Assembly: GCA_947167155.1 (NCBI GenBank)
Contig: CAMVHB010000002.1
Location: forward strand, 877-64,876
DNA: 64,000 bases
Origin: an uncultured Lachnospiraceae bacterium
GTDB lineage: Bacteria; Bacillota; Clostridia; Lachnospirales; Lachnospiraceae
Reading direction: 5' to 3'
Shown: positions 1 to 8,049 of the stretch, piece by piece
How the letters are laid out: each line of letters opens with the position of its first letter
Position numbering within the stretch: the stretch's first letter is position 1
The notes under the pieces: model-generated
Seen by the model: the letters and a program-made list of their open reading frames with translations, nothing else
The model's database searches: none
What the model was told of the DNA's origin: nothing
Position numbers and translations under genes: made by a program

Positions 1-186
1 ACCCATATCAGAGCTACGAAGAATAAAAAAGCCAACATATAGCACCCCTTTCTGCGGATGACCGATCCGCTCCCACTGCTTCTAATGTTGCCTTTATCCT
101 ACTACCTGAGATGTACTATAAAAAGCCCTCGATCAGAAAATTCTTCGCTTCGTTCAGAACGACAATCATCCCTCGCTCTCTTTGGG

Positions 187-215
187 AGTGCCACGGGGGC
201 GGTTCTTTTGTCACC
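187..215 (-). repeat. 29-nt dispersed intergenic repeat, copy A
   Basis: The minus strand reads GGTGACAAAAGAACCGCCCCCGTGGCACT, just 3' of the acyltransferase stop. By hand alignment it is 26/29 identical to copy C (2772-2800, opposite orientation). Confidence 0.7.
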
Positions 216-219
216 ATGG

Positions 220-1497
220 TCAAAATCTTATCTCCGGAACCTGGATCGGCTTCATTCCATGTTCCTCATATGTGATCCCGTTTTCCTCAAGCTCCTTTTT
301 GAACGCCTCATAATATACATCCTCGCAATACGCTTGGAGCATTGATATATATACATTTCCATTTACTGCGGAAAGTTCAAGTAGGGGAAATTCTCCTGTC
401 GGAGTTTCCGTCCAGAATTCACGTATATGCTCTCCCAGCTTTGGATAAGCCCATCGTCCAACATAGCTGACAATATATGAACTTGACTTGAAAAAACCTT
501 CCATAGCGCGCCTCGCAGCCTGTACCTTTGAGTCAAAATCGGGAAGGTTCAAAACCATCTGGCTTATCGAAGCAGAAGCAGCAGCCCTGTTTCTTACCAT
601 ATCCTCGTCACTTTGAAGGATAGTTTTCCCCCGGTAAGCAGTACACTGCATATCCAGCGGCAGCTTTTTGATCGAATCGCTGAAATCCAGCGTCGCCCTT
701 TCGGTGGCGTTATGGAAGGATTCGCGGGCGTTCAGCATGGGACGGGAATTGATAACATAACTATTGACGATGGGGAGCGTGTGATCCGGAAGAACCCGTT
801 CGATCGCCCTGGCCATCAACACACATACAAGTATCCCCGGAGTTGCATCGTTTTCCTTGATAAAGGGAACCATCACATCCTCAGGTATGGAAAGCTTTCG
901 GATATACCCCTTTCCTTCCCCCCTTTTCAGTCCAAGACTTCCCATCATGTTGAGGGCTTCAGGCACAGGCGGCCTCTGAAACTTCGAGAGATCGATGAGA
1001 GGAAATGCATCATAAGGATCAGCTGTCTCCTCTTTTGTAATAGGTGTTTCCAATGTTCGTATCCCTGTGCTGTCATTGAGTCCGTACACTTCATGAAAAT
1101 AGTAATACAGAAGGGTTCCCGCCAGAAAATAAACCCCGGTGCCATCAGCCCGACCGTGGAAAAAATTGAGGTAGAGATTGTCATCATTGAAGGAAACTGC
1201 CCAGATATGCCCATTGGTCTCTTTTGTTCCCAATGTGATCATTTCATCCGTGTGAAGAAGCGCCACGGGAGCATCATTTCTCTCGTAATAAAACTCCCGT
1301 TCATTTTTCTTCAATGTGACGCAGAAATAAGGATACCTTTTGGCTGTCTTGTCAAGAGCTCTTTGCATCGCATCCTGCACGATCGGTCCATCAAGGCGGA
1401 AATGAAGCCTTATCGTGTAACTCCCCGATGAAGTTGCATACATCATCAAAGCATCTCCACGGCCAACACTTAAACTGTACTCCTCATTTTCAGGCAT
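220..1497 (-). CDS. CAT/condensation-superfamily acyltransferase (HxxxDG motif)
   Basis: Long ORF containing 'FFHGRADGTG' (HxxxDG). I trimmed the start from the track start 1557 to the ATG at 1497, which is preceded by AAGGAG. The discarded N-terminal extension only translates repeat copy B. Confidence 0.6.
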   Translation of the reverse strand: MPENEEYSLSVGRGDALMMYATSSGSYTIRLHFRLDGPIVQDAMQRALDKTAKRYPYFCVTLKKNEREFYYERNDAPVALLHTDEMITLGTKETNGHIWAVSFNDDNLYLNFFHGRADGTGVYFLAGTLLYYYFHEVYGLNDSTGIRTLETPITKEETADPYDAFPLIDLSKFQRPPVPEALNMMGSLGLKRGEGKGYIRKLSIPEDVMVPFIKENDATPGILVCVLMARAIERVLPDHTLPIVNSYVINSRPMLNARESFHNATERATLDFSDSIKKLPLDMQCTAYRGKTILQSDEDMVRNRAAASASISQMVLNLPDFDSKVQAARRAMEGFFKSSSYIVSYVGRWAYPKLGEHIREFWTETPTGEFPLLELSAVNGNVYISMLQAYCEDVYYEAFKKELEENGITYEEHGMKPIQVPEIRF

Positions 1498-1520
1498 TTC
1501 TTCTACTCCTTTCAAATTGC

Positions 1521-1548
1521 AGTGCACGAGGGCGGTTCTTTTGTCACT
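1521..1548 (-). repeat. dispersed intergenic repeat, copy B
   Basis: The minus strand reads AGTGACAAAAGAACCGCCCTCGTGCACT, between the PNPOx stop and the acyltransferase RBS. It has the same orientation as copy A. Confidence 0.65.
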
Positions 1549-1553
1549 TCCTC

Positions 1554-1946
1554 TCAAAACTTCACTGTCTCCGGTTCATCAGTAAATGAACTGAATATCG
1601 CTGTGGCATCTTTGAAATAGAATACTTCTGTATTGCCGTCATCAGCCTTGTACATATTCTGCAATGACGGATATGCATCAAGCATGGCCTGGCGGGCTTC
1701 GATCCTGTCATCCTCCACGAGTTCCCCTGAAACGCGAAGCCATTTGCCATCCTTGAACGCACATACTTCAACCTTTGGATTGGCATGGATCTGCTTTGAT
1801 ACATCCTTTACCTTGCCGGTCTGAATGTACAGCCTGTCTTCAAATATGTGAGCTGTTCCGAAAGGTCTCACCCTGGGCTGGTCACCCTCAACCGTTGCAA
1901 GATAATACGTACCTGCTTCTTTCAGAAAATCTGCTACTCTTTTCAT
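1554..1946 (-). CDS. pyridoxamine 5'-phosphate oxidase-like FMN-binding protein
   Basis: 130-aa ORF. The 'YLATVEGDQPRVRPFG...RLYIQTGKVK' pattern is typical of the PNPOx-like split-barrel family. AAAGGAGG RBS upstream. Confidence 0.6.
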   Translation of the reverse strand: MKRVADFLKEAGTYYLATVEGDQPRVRPFGTAHIFEDRLYIQTGKVKDVSKQIHANPKVEVCAFKDGKWLRVSGELVEDDRIEARQAMLDAYPSLQNMYKADDGNTEVFYFKDATAIFSSFTDEPETVKF

Positions 1947-1984
1947 TTTTGTGTTCCTCCTTTTTTTTTGTGTTTTTTTTACCG

Positions 1985-2208
1985 GATGGGCGGATCAGGC
2001 GCGAGGGAGAAAGGGGGTCAAATTCTTCTTCCGGAAGCGTTGGCAGTAATCTGCCGTTTTGTCCCTCTTCTATGATCTCATAAACGCCATCAAAGCGCTC
2101 CCTTATCTTTTCCGTCCATCGAACCTCCCCGGGATAGCGCATCGAGAGGAAGCCTCTTGGATCATATCCGTAGGTATTGGAATCTCCGTAAAATACTATC
2201 TTTTTCAA
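1985..2208 (-). pseudogene. SGNH/GDSL hydrolase, N-terminal fragment only
   Basis: The N-terminus 'MKKIVFYGDSNTYGYDP...IIEEGQNGR' carries SGNH blocks I and II. The frame then runs into an A-rich tract and the RBS of the next gene. Blocks III and V are absent. The 3' limit is approximate. Confidence 0.55.
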
Positions 2209-2210
2209 TG

Positions 2211-2750
2211 CTATACTTTTCCCTGATCCTCAAGGATAATATCCATCTCGTGCCACTCCTCGCCTCCCCACTTGGAAGCTGATACGCCCAGATCCCTGAA
2301 TCCAAACTTCGTATACATAGAAACCTTCTCCAAAAGGCAGGTAAGGACAAGTCTTTTTCGTCCCCGCTCCCGTTCTCTGAAGCAATAGGTCATGACAAGT
2401 TCTCTCCCAAGCCCCTGTCCTCTGTATTGGGGTAAAACATCAAGACCAAGGAGCATTACATTTTTGCCATCACAGTTGTGCGTCGTTTCATCTGTAAAAA
2501 ATTCATCCCTGAATGAATACTCATCTGTTGCGATGCCGTTCAAAAAACCGGCGATCTCACCGGTTTTGCGGTCGATCGCAACCAAAAAGAGATCCGCTGC
2601 TACCGCTATACGCGCGATCATACTCTCCCTTGAACATGCTTCATTGGGTGGAAAGCATATTTTTTCGATCACAACAGCTTCTTCAGCTTCTTCCGGTCTT
2701 ATTGTACGAAACTCAAAGCGATCATGCATGCTGAATTCTTCTATATCCAT
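2211..2750 (-). CDS. GNAT-family N-acetyltransferase
   Basis: 179 aa with the acetyl-CoA motif 'QYRGQGLGRELV'. Confidence 0.8.
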   Translation of the reverse strand: MDIEEFSMHDRFEFRTIRPEEAEEAVVIEKICFPPNEACSRESMIARIAVAADLFLVAIDRKTGEIAGFLNGIATDEYSFRDEFFTDETTHNCDGKNVMLLGLDVLPQYRGQGLGRELVMTYCFRERERGRKRLVLTCLLEKVSMYTKFGFRDLGVSASKWGGEEWHEMDIILEDQGKV

Positions 2751-2771
2751 TTTTCCTTTTTCTATTTATCG

Positions 2772-2800
2772 GGTGACAAGAGAACCGTCCCCGCGGCACT
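2772..2800 (+). repeat. 29-nt dispersed intergenic repeat, copy C (inverted relative to A/B)
   Basis: The plus strand reads GGTGACAAGAGAACCGTCCCCGCGGCACT, upstream of the GNAT gene. Confidence 0.7.
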
Positions 2801-2807
2801 TCAGTTA

Positions 2808-2853
2808 TTGAGCACTTTTCAATCATTTCATTGAGCACTTTTCAATCATCGCT
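2808..2853. repeat. tandem 2 x 23-bp repeat with internal inverted arms (possible operator)
   Basis: ttgagcacttttcaatcat occurs at 2808-2826 and again at 2831-2849. Each unit contains ATTGA-n7-TCAAT. The repeat lies between a small hydrophobic ORF and the GNAT gene. Confidence 0.7.
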
Positions 2854-3055
2854 TCTCAATTTATTGTCAGGAAAAGTAGTCTCCCTACCTTCTCCTCCTC
2901 GCCACCATCGCCGCAATGATCACGATCGCAACTATCACCAGCATTGGAATTGCGATAAAAAATACTCCCGCGACGAACAGGAAAAAGATGATCACCGGGA
3001 GCAGAAATACTGTGAGTAGCGCCTTGGCAATGCCAAAAGCGGCACCGATCCCCCT

Positions 3056-3946
3056 TCACTCCCCAACCTTCTTCATCTCATACGTATCTCTTTCTATCGT
3101 GATCTCATAATCAGTCCTTCTGCCGTCCGGAGCCTCTATTGTAAGGACCGTCTTCCCCGCTCTTTTGAAATCGCAATGAATGAGATAATCCTCAATCCCT
3201 GCTTCATAGCGCATCTCGGCGGTACCGTATCTCTCGTCTGCAAGATAAACCCTCGAGTTTTCGTTAAACCCGTTTTCCCCGCCGCCTACTATAAGGGTTG
3301 TGCTGTAGATCGGAGGATTCAAAAGCCCAAGGACCGTAAGAACAGCGACGATCCCGATTCCGATGATCGCTCCTGCAAGCTTTATTCTCTTGTTTTCAAA
3401 TATCAGCACAGGATAGAAGATAATGACGCAGCCGCAGAACAGCCATATCAAAATGTATTTCGGCGCGTAGAACAGAAAATCACTGAAATATAAAGAATAG
3501 GAATCAGCTGTCAAAAGTATCATGGGAAGCAGTATGAGATAGCCCCACCACTTTCCCTTCTTCATGAAATACCCAATGAAGCCCATGGGAAAACAGAGTA
3601 ATGTCCATATAAACCAGGTTCTATAATACCCGAACAAGGCCCAGCCCTGCCAGGAGAAGGGCACCTGCAGAAGATAAACAAGGGGCTGACTGATAAGGAA
3701 AAACACAAAGCACTTGAACGCGGAATCAAGATTTGATCTGCTGTTCATTATGATAATGATGCCGAAGAGGATCCACATCTCAAAGGTCACGACTATGGCA
3801 TGGAAGGATGTGTATTTCAAGGCCGGTATGTTCGCCATCAACGCGGTAAATGCTCCGGCTGCGATTGCTGCTATGATAAGCTTCGGCCAGGTCAGGTTGA
3901 TCCCTCCGAAAAGCTTCTTTCCAAGCGAACTCAAAAAATGCTTCAT
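3056..3946 (-). CDS. multi-pass membrane protein of unknown function with a C-terminal soluble domain
   Basis: 296-aa ORF with several hydrophobic segments and a hydrophilic tail of about 90 aa. GGAAGGAAG RBS upstream. Confidence 0.6.
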   Translation of the reverse strand: MKHFLSSLGKKLFGGINLTWPKLIIAAIAAGAFTALMANIPALKYTSFHAIVVTFEMWILFGIIIIMNSRSNLDSAFKCFVFFLISQPLVYLLQVPFSWQGWALFGYYRTWFIWTLLCFPMGFIGYFMKKGKWWGYLILLPMILLTADSYSLYFSDFLFYAPKYILIWLFCGCVIIFYPVLIFENKRIKLAGAIIGIGIVAVLTVLGLLNPPIYSTTLIVGGGENGFNENSRVYLADERYGTAEMRYEAGIEDYLIHCDFKRAGKTVLTIEAPDGRRTDYEITIERDTYEMKKVGE

Positions 3947-3983
3947 AGCTGCTTCCTTCCTGATCTTCTATTAATGCGTCCGG

Positions 3984-4151
3984 TCACGCTGCGTCCTTGA
4001 GCGGCTCCTTCGCCTCGTATTTTTCCCAATACTCATCGAGAAGCTCATTGAGCCTTCTTCCAATCTCCACATAATCTTCCTCATTCAGATTCGCAAGAGA
4101 AATTCGCACAGTCCCCTCGGGAGCATTAAAGCCCGGGGCCGGCACCGTCAT
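3984..4151 (-). pseudogene. C-terminal remnant of a class I/II PLP aminotransferase
   Basis: The 55 codons read 'MTVPAPGFNAPEGTVRISLANLNEEDYVEIGRRLNELL...', which matches the conserved aminotransferase C-terminus (G-x-x-R-I-S). It begins directly after the TGA of the preceding permease gene. No upstream aminotransferase body is present. Confidence 0.5.
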
Positions 4152-6467
4152 TCACTGATCATTGGTATTCACCCCTTTAAGTATCTTTGAGGGTTTGCGG
4201 CGTTTGGGATTGATGTTTATGGTAACCCTGCTTATTATTCTCCCGATCAGTACCTCCAGCGCGAAGTAGATGATCGTCACGGCGATCAGCGGGAAAAATG
4301 CCTCATAGGTTCGGCTTCGAACGATATCGCCCATCTTCGTCAGATCCTGCACCGCGATATAACCAACAATCGCTGTTGCCTTGATGAGGCTTACGACCTC
4401 GCCCTTGTAGGCGGGCAGCACGTGATAAAGCGCCTGTGGAAGTATGATCTTGAAAAAGGTCCTGGTATTTGAATAGCCAAGCGCGTACGCGGCTTCGTAC
4501 TGACCTTTGTCGATCGCGCCAACGCCCATCTTCAAAAGTCCAAATACCGCCGCGCCAAAAGTAAGTGTGAAGCCGATCACTGATACGACTACACCGCTTA
4601 TCGAAACCGATCCAAAGATTACGAAATAAAGCACCATCAAAAGGACGACCGCCGGCATGCCCTGTATGAGCCAAAGAAAGATCTTTGTGATGATGTTTGC
4701 CACGGGATTTTGGTTCCTGCAAAGCATGAATATCAAAAAGCCGAGGATCGTGCCAAAAAGCATGGCAAGGAGCGTGATGACAAGGGTCGTCAAAACACCT
4801 TCCACAAAGAGTTTCCAGCGATCCTCACGGACGAAGGTCTTTTCAAAGCTTTCACCGATACTTTGAAGGAAAGATGGCTGTTGCGGCGATGCGGAAACAG
4901 CCCGGACGACAAGCACAAAGGCTGCCGGATAATAATCAATGAAATCCACTGCCTGGGAGCGTTCTGGTGTGATAACGATGCTCCCGGTGCCCATATCAGC
5001 CTTTCCTGATTGTACGCCGGCAAGTATTGCAGCAAAGTCCATCCCGGTAAACTCAACCTTGTAGTCAAGCTTTTTGGCTATCATCAGAATGATCTCTATG
5101 TCAAAGCCCTTCACCTCATTGTCTTTTCCGACATAGCTCATTGGTTCAAGCGTATCGCAAGCAGCCACATGAAGCGTTCCTTTTGTACCCGGCCAATCCT
5201 GCGCAGGAAGCTCCTTGACGCTTTCATCAGCTCCTGTCCACTTGTCCCATGCCTTCTCGATCTCTGAATTTGGGATCTCTTTGAAGGCTGCCAGCCACTC
5301 ATCCCTGCGGGGATCGCCCTTTGCAAAGGCAATCCCGAATTTGGAATCATCAAGGCTCTTTGGAAAGATCGCAAGATCAGGATTTCTGTTGATAATAAGC
5401 TGACCTACGGCATTATTCATGAAAAAGGCATCGGTCTTTTTTGTTTTGAGCGCCTGGATAGCATCCGGTGTGCTGTTGAAGTAAGTGAAATTCAAAACAC
5501 CCGGAGCTTTGCTCTTGACCAGTTCCTCAAAGGGCGCGCCGGTGAGCAGGGATACGGTCTTTCCCGAAAGCTCGGAAAATTCGGAAAACTCAGGGCGGAC
5601 ATCTGCAGCAGCGCCTCCTCTTTCCTTCAATATCAGAAATGAGGCGGGGCATAAATAGTATGGTATTGAAAAGTTGACGCTCTCTGCCCGTTCCTCAGTG
5701 ATAGTAATTGCTGATGCAGCAAAATCCGCCTTGCCGGACTGTACTGCAGTCAGAAGACCGTCAAAACTCATTATCTGAACATTCAATCCATAGCCTTTGG
5801 CCTTACAGAACTCAGCGGCAATATCTATATCGATTCCCACCGTATTTTTCCCGCGAACGTAGTCAAACGGAGGAATGGAAGCCTCAGTAACCATTGTAAG
5901 TTTCCCGTTTGTCGAAGGAAGAGAAGAAACGTCCGGCATTGTCATCTTGCTTTCATCTTCTGATTTCCACTTTTGGATCAACTCTTCAAGTTCGCCGCTT
6001 TCTTTGAACTTTGCAAGCCATTCATTGAACTCCGACAGCTTTTTTTCTCCGGAACTGCTCTTTGGAAAAACAAAGCCATATTCGAAGGAACCAATGGTGT
6101 CATCCATTATCATGATATTGTCGTACTCTTTGGCGATCCGCAAAAGCGTAGGCTCATCAGCGGGAATGGCATCAATCTTTCCTGCATTCAATGCCGCTAC
6201 CGAATCAGCATACGAATTAAAAAAGGTGATCTTTGCATCAGGCAGTGCCTCGGATACGATCGCATCGAAGACTTCTCCCGTAAGCATACCTATCGTTTTG
6301 TTGCTAAGATCAGAGATTTTTTTCAGTTCCCCGGAATTTTGCTTCTCCGAAGAAGCAGTTGTTTCCTGCCCCGTTCCTTCAGCTCTTACCGCAACGCCTG
6401 CAAACAGACTGAAGGAAAGGAACGCTATCGCAATGACCGGGAATATCTTTTTAATCAATGTCTTCAA
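4152..6467 (-). CDS. amino-acid ABC transporter, fused substrate-binding domains plus permease (771 aa)
   Basis: Signal-like N-terminus, four half-SBD segments of the SBP_bac_3 type, and a C-terminal His/Glu/Gln/Arg-type permease. TTG start at 6467; an alternative TTG at 6458 has better spacing from the GGAGG. Confidence 0.85.
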   Translation of the reverse strand: MKTLIKKIFPVIAIAFLSFSLFAGVAVRAEGTGQETTASSEKQNSGELKKISDLSNKTIGMLTGEVFDAIVSEALPDAKITFFNSYADSVAALNAGKIDAIPADEPTLLRIAKEYDNIMIMDDTIGSFEYGFVFPKSSSGEKKLSEFNEWLAKFKESGELEELIQKWKSEDESKMTMPDVSSLPSTNGKLTMVTEASIPPFDYVRGKNTVGIDIDIAAEFCKAKGYGLNVQIMSFDGLLTAVQSGKADFAASAITITEERAESVNFSIPYYLCPASFLILKERGGAAADVRPEFSEFSELSGKTVSLLTGAPFEELVKSKAPGVLNFTYFNSTPDAIQALKTKKTDAFFMNNAVGQLIINRNPDLAIFPKSLDDSKFGIAFAKGDPRRDEWLAAFKEIPNSEIEKAWDKWTGADESVKELPAQDWPGTKGTLHVAACDTLEPMSYVGKDNEVKGFDIEIILMIAKKLDYKVEFTGMDFAAILAGVQSGKADMGTGSIVITPERSQAVDFIDYYPAAFVLVVRAVSASPQQPSFLQSIGESFEKTFVREDRWKLFVEGVLTTLVITLLAMLFGTILGFLIFMLCRNQNPVANIITKIFLWLIQGMPAVVLLMVLYFVIFGSVSISGVVVSVIGFTLTFGAAVFGLLKMGVGAIDKGQYEAAYALGYSNTRTFFKIILPQALYHVLPAYKGEVVSLIKATAIVGYIAVQDLTKMGDIVRSRTYEAFFPLIAVTIIYFALEVLIGRIISRVTININPKRRKPSKILKGVNTNDQ
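4155..4874 (-). repeat. duplicated permease module, copy 1
   Basis: The last 240 codons differ at 15 residues (hand count) from the equivalent segment of the 532-aa paralog. The nucleotide sequences are visibly collinear. Confidence 0.85.
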
Positions 6468-6487
6468 CCTCCTATAGAGAGCAGCCC

Positions 6488-6898
6488 CTATACCCCTTTC
6501 ACAATCGTCAGCACATTACATCCGTCTTTTCGCTCATACCGCATATCGTCCATACTCTTTTTGACCATAAATATCCCAAGCCCGCCGATACCGCGCTCAT
6601 CGGCGGAAAGAGTCACGTCAGGGTCCTCCTTTTCAAGGGGATTGTAAGGGACTCCGGAGTCCTTGAATGTGATCAAAACCTGCTTTTTCTCAGTATCTGT
6701 CTCCACCGAAATGACCGCATCTCCCGTATCCGGGGCATAGGCATAGCTTGCTATATTTACGAAGATCTCCTCAACGGCAACATCTATCTGCATCTGCGCT
6801 TTCATTGACGCACCGAGCTCTTCGACGAAGCCGTCTACAAAAGCGATCACTTCCTGCAGGTTTTCAAGACTTGCTTTGACATTAATCTCATTTGCCAT
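6488..6898 (-). CDS. stand-alone GHKL/HATPase_c_2 protein (RsbW/SpoIIAB-like serine kinase or anti-sigma-like)
   Basis: N-box-like 'VEEIFVNIASYAY', 'FKDSGVPYNP' and G-box 'ERGIGGLGIFMVKK'. I trimmed the start to the ATG at 6898, preceded by GGAGG; the track start is 6988. Confidence 0.65.
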   Translation of the reverse strand: MANEINVKASLENLQEVIAFVDGFVEELGASMKAQMQIDVAVEEIFVNIASYAYAPDTGDAVISVETDTEKKQVLITFKDSGVPYNPLEKEDPDVTLSADERGIGGLGIFMVKKSMDDMRYERKDGCNVLTIVKGV

Positions 6899-6945
6899 AA
6901 GCTCTGCCTCCACTTTCCAAACATCCTCCCGTGGGTTTCTACACT

Positions 6946-8049
6946 TTATGAAACTATTCCCTCTGACCTGATATTCAACTTGAGGCAATTTTGCAATTCC
7001 TCATTTTCCGCCCATTCATAGTCGATCGATCCTGCCAGACCTTTGATCACCGAAAGTGAAATCTCATCTTCTGTTTTTGTGATATCCACTTTTTCACCGG
7101 CATAGCTGAAAGTCCATACTGCAAGTTCTGTCTCAGAAGAATATTCGCAGACAGCCTGAACCTTCGGAGTCTTGAGAAGAGGGATCAGAAGATTTGTGGT
7201 TTCCTCAAAAACAAGCTGGATTCGATTTGAATAATTCGGGGAGATCTGATTCTTGGCGCACCATACCTCTATCTGCCCCTGCATGCCGATGAAGTCGTAA
7301 TCACGGCTTTCGATATTCAGTTCAAGAACCTTCAGTCTCCGAACAAAGCGGCGCGTGTTTTCGCGCTTTGGATTGTCAAAAATCTGCTCCGGTGAGCCGT
7401 CTTCGTAAATGCCGCCGTTTTCCATATAGAACACGCGGTTTGAGATCGCCTTTGCGAAATTCATCTCGTGCGTGACGATCATCATGGTCTTTCCGGTCTT
7501 TGCAAGATCACGGATGACCGCCTGAACCTCACCTACCATAGTGGGATCGAGGGCACTCGTCGGCTCGTCAAGAAGTATCACATCGGGATCCATAGCAAGC
7601 GTCCTGGCGATCGCGATACGCTGCTTCTGCCCGCCTGACAGCTCATCAGGATAATTAAGAGCCTTTTCCGCCAGTCCCACCGTGCGAAGCAGCTTCATTC
7701 CGGTATCATAGGCTTCCTGTTTGCTTTTGCCCAAAAGATCCATGGGGGCCAGCATTATATTTTCGATAATGGTCTTGTGACCGAAAAGATTGAAGCTCTG
7801 GAACACCATCCCCATCTTCCGGCGCACCTTGTTGATGTCGCATTTGGGATCTGTGATCTCAAGGCCGTCCACAAAGATCTTTCCGCTCGTGGGCTTTTCA
7901 AGTTGGTTGATACAGCGGAGAAGCGTACTCTTTCCGGTGCCGGACGGGCCTATGATGGAGATCACATCGCCGTCATTTATTTCCACAGTCACATCCTTAA
8001 GTGGCGTAACATTGGGATATTCTTTTTTCAGATGCTCAATTCTGATCAT
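6946..8049 (-). CDS. amino-acid ABC transporter ATP-binding protein with a C-terminal extension of about 120 aa
   Basis: Walker A 'GPSGTGKST', signature 'LSGGQKQRIAIAR' and Walker B 'ILLDEPTSALD'. The protein is 367 aa, whereas GlnQ-type ATPases are usually about 240-250 aa. Confidence 0.9.
   Translation of the reverse strand: MIRIEHLKKEYPNVTPLKDVTVEINDGDVISIIGPSGTGKSTLLRCINQLEKPTSGKIFVDGLEITDPKCDINKVRRKMGMVFQSFNLFGHKTIIENIMLAPMDLLGKSKQEAYDTGMKLLRTVGLAEKALNYPDELSGGQKQRIAIARTLAMDPDVILLDEPTSALDPTMVGEVQAVIRDLAKTGKTMMIVTHEMNFAKAISNRVFYMENGGIYEDGSPEQIFDNPKRENTRRFVRRLKVLELNIESRDYDFIGMQGQIEVWCAKNQISPNYSNRIQLVFEETTNLLIPLLKTPKVQAVCEYSSETELAVWTFSYAGEKVDITKTEDEISLSVIKGLAGSIDYEWAENEELQNCLKLNIRSEGIVS

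Noticed and set aside
1-40. Possible gene start at the left edge (minus strand, ATG near position 40 after GAAAGGGG, 'MLAFLFFVALIW...')
   Set aside because: Only about 13 codons are visible, which is too short to support a call.
613-1431. 272-aa plus-strand ORF
   Set aside because: It lies entirely antisense to the acyltransferase gene. It has no RBS or recognisable motifs and a Cys/Arg/His-rich shadow-frame composition.
2808-2853. CRISPR-like array
   Set aside because: There are only two directly abutting 23-bp units, with no spacers and no cas genes in the window.
4303-4722. 139-aa minus-strand alternative-frame ORF, with a near-identical twin at 8190-8561
   Set aside because: Both lie inside the duplicated permease module in a different frame. 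Their similarity is a by-product of the DNA duplication, and the Arg/Gly-rich sequences do not look like proteins.
5875-6647. Plus-strand ORFs of 200 and 224 aa
   Set aside because: They are antisense to the SBD-permease and GHKL genes, low-complexity and Ser/Phe-rich, with no start signals.
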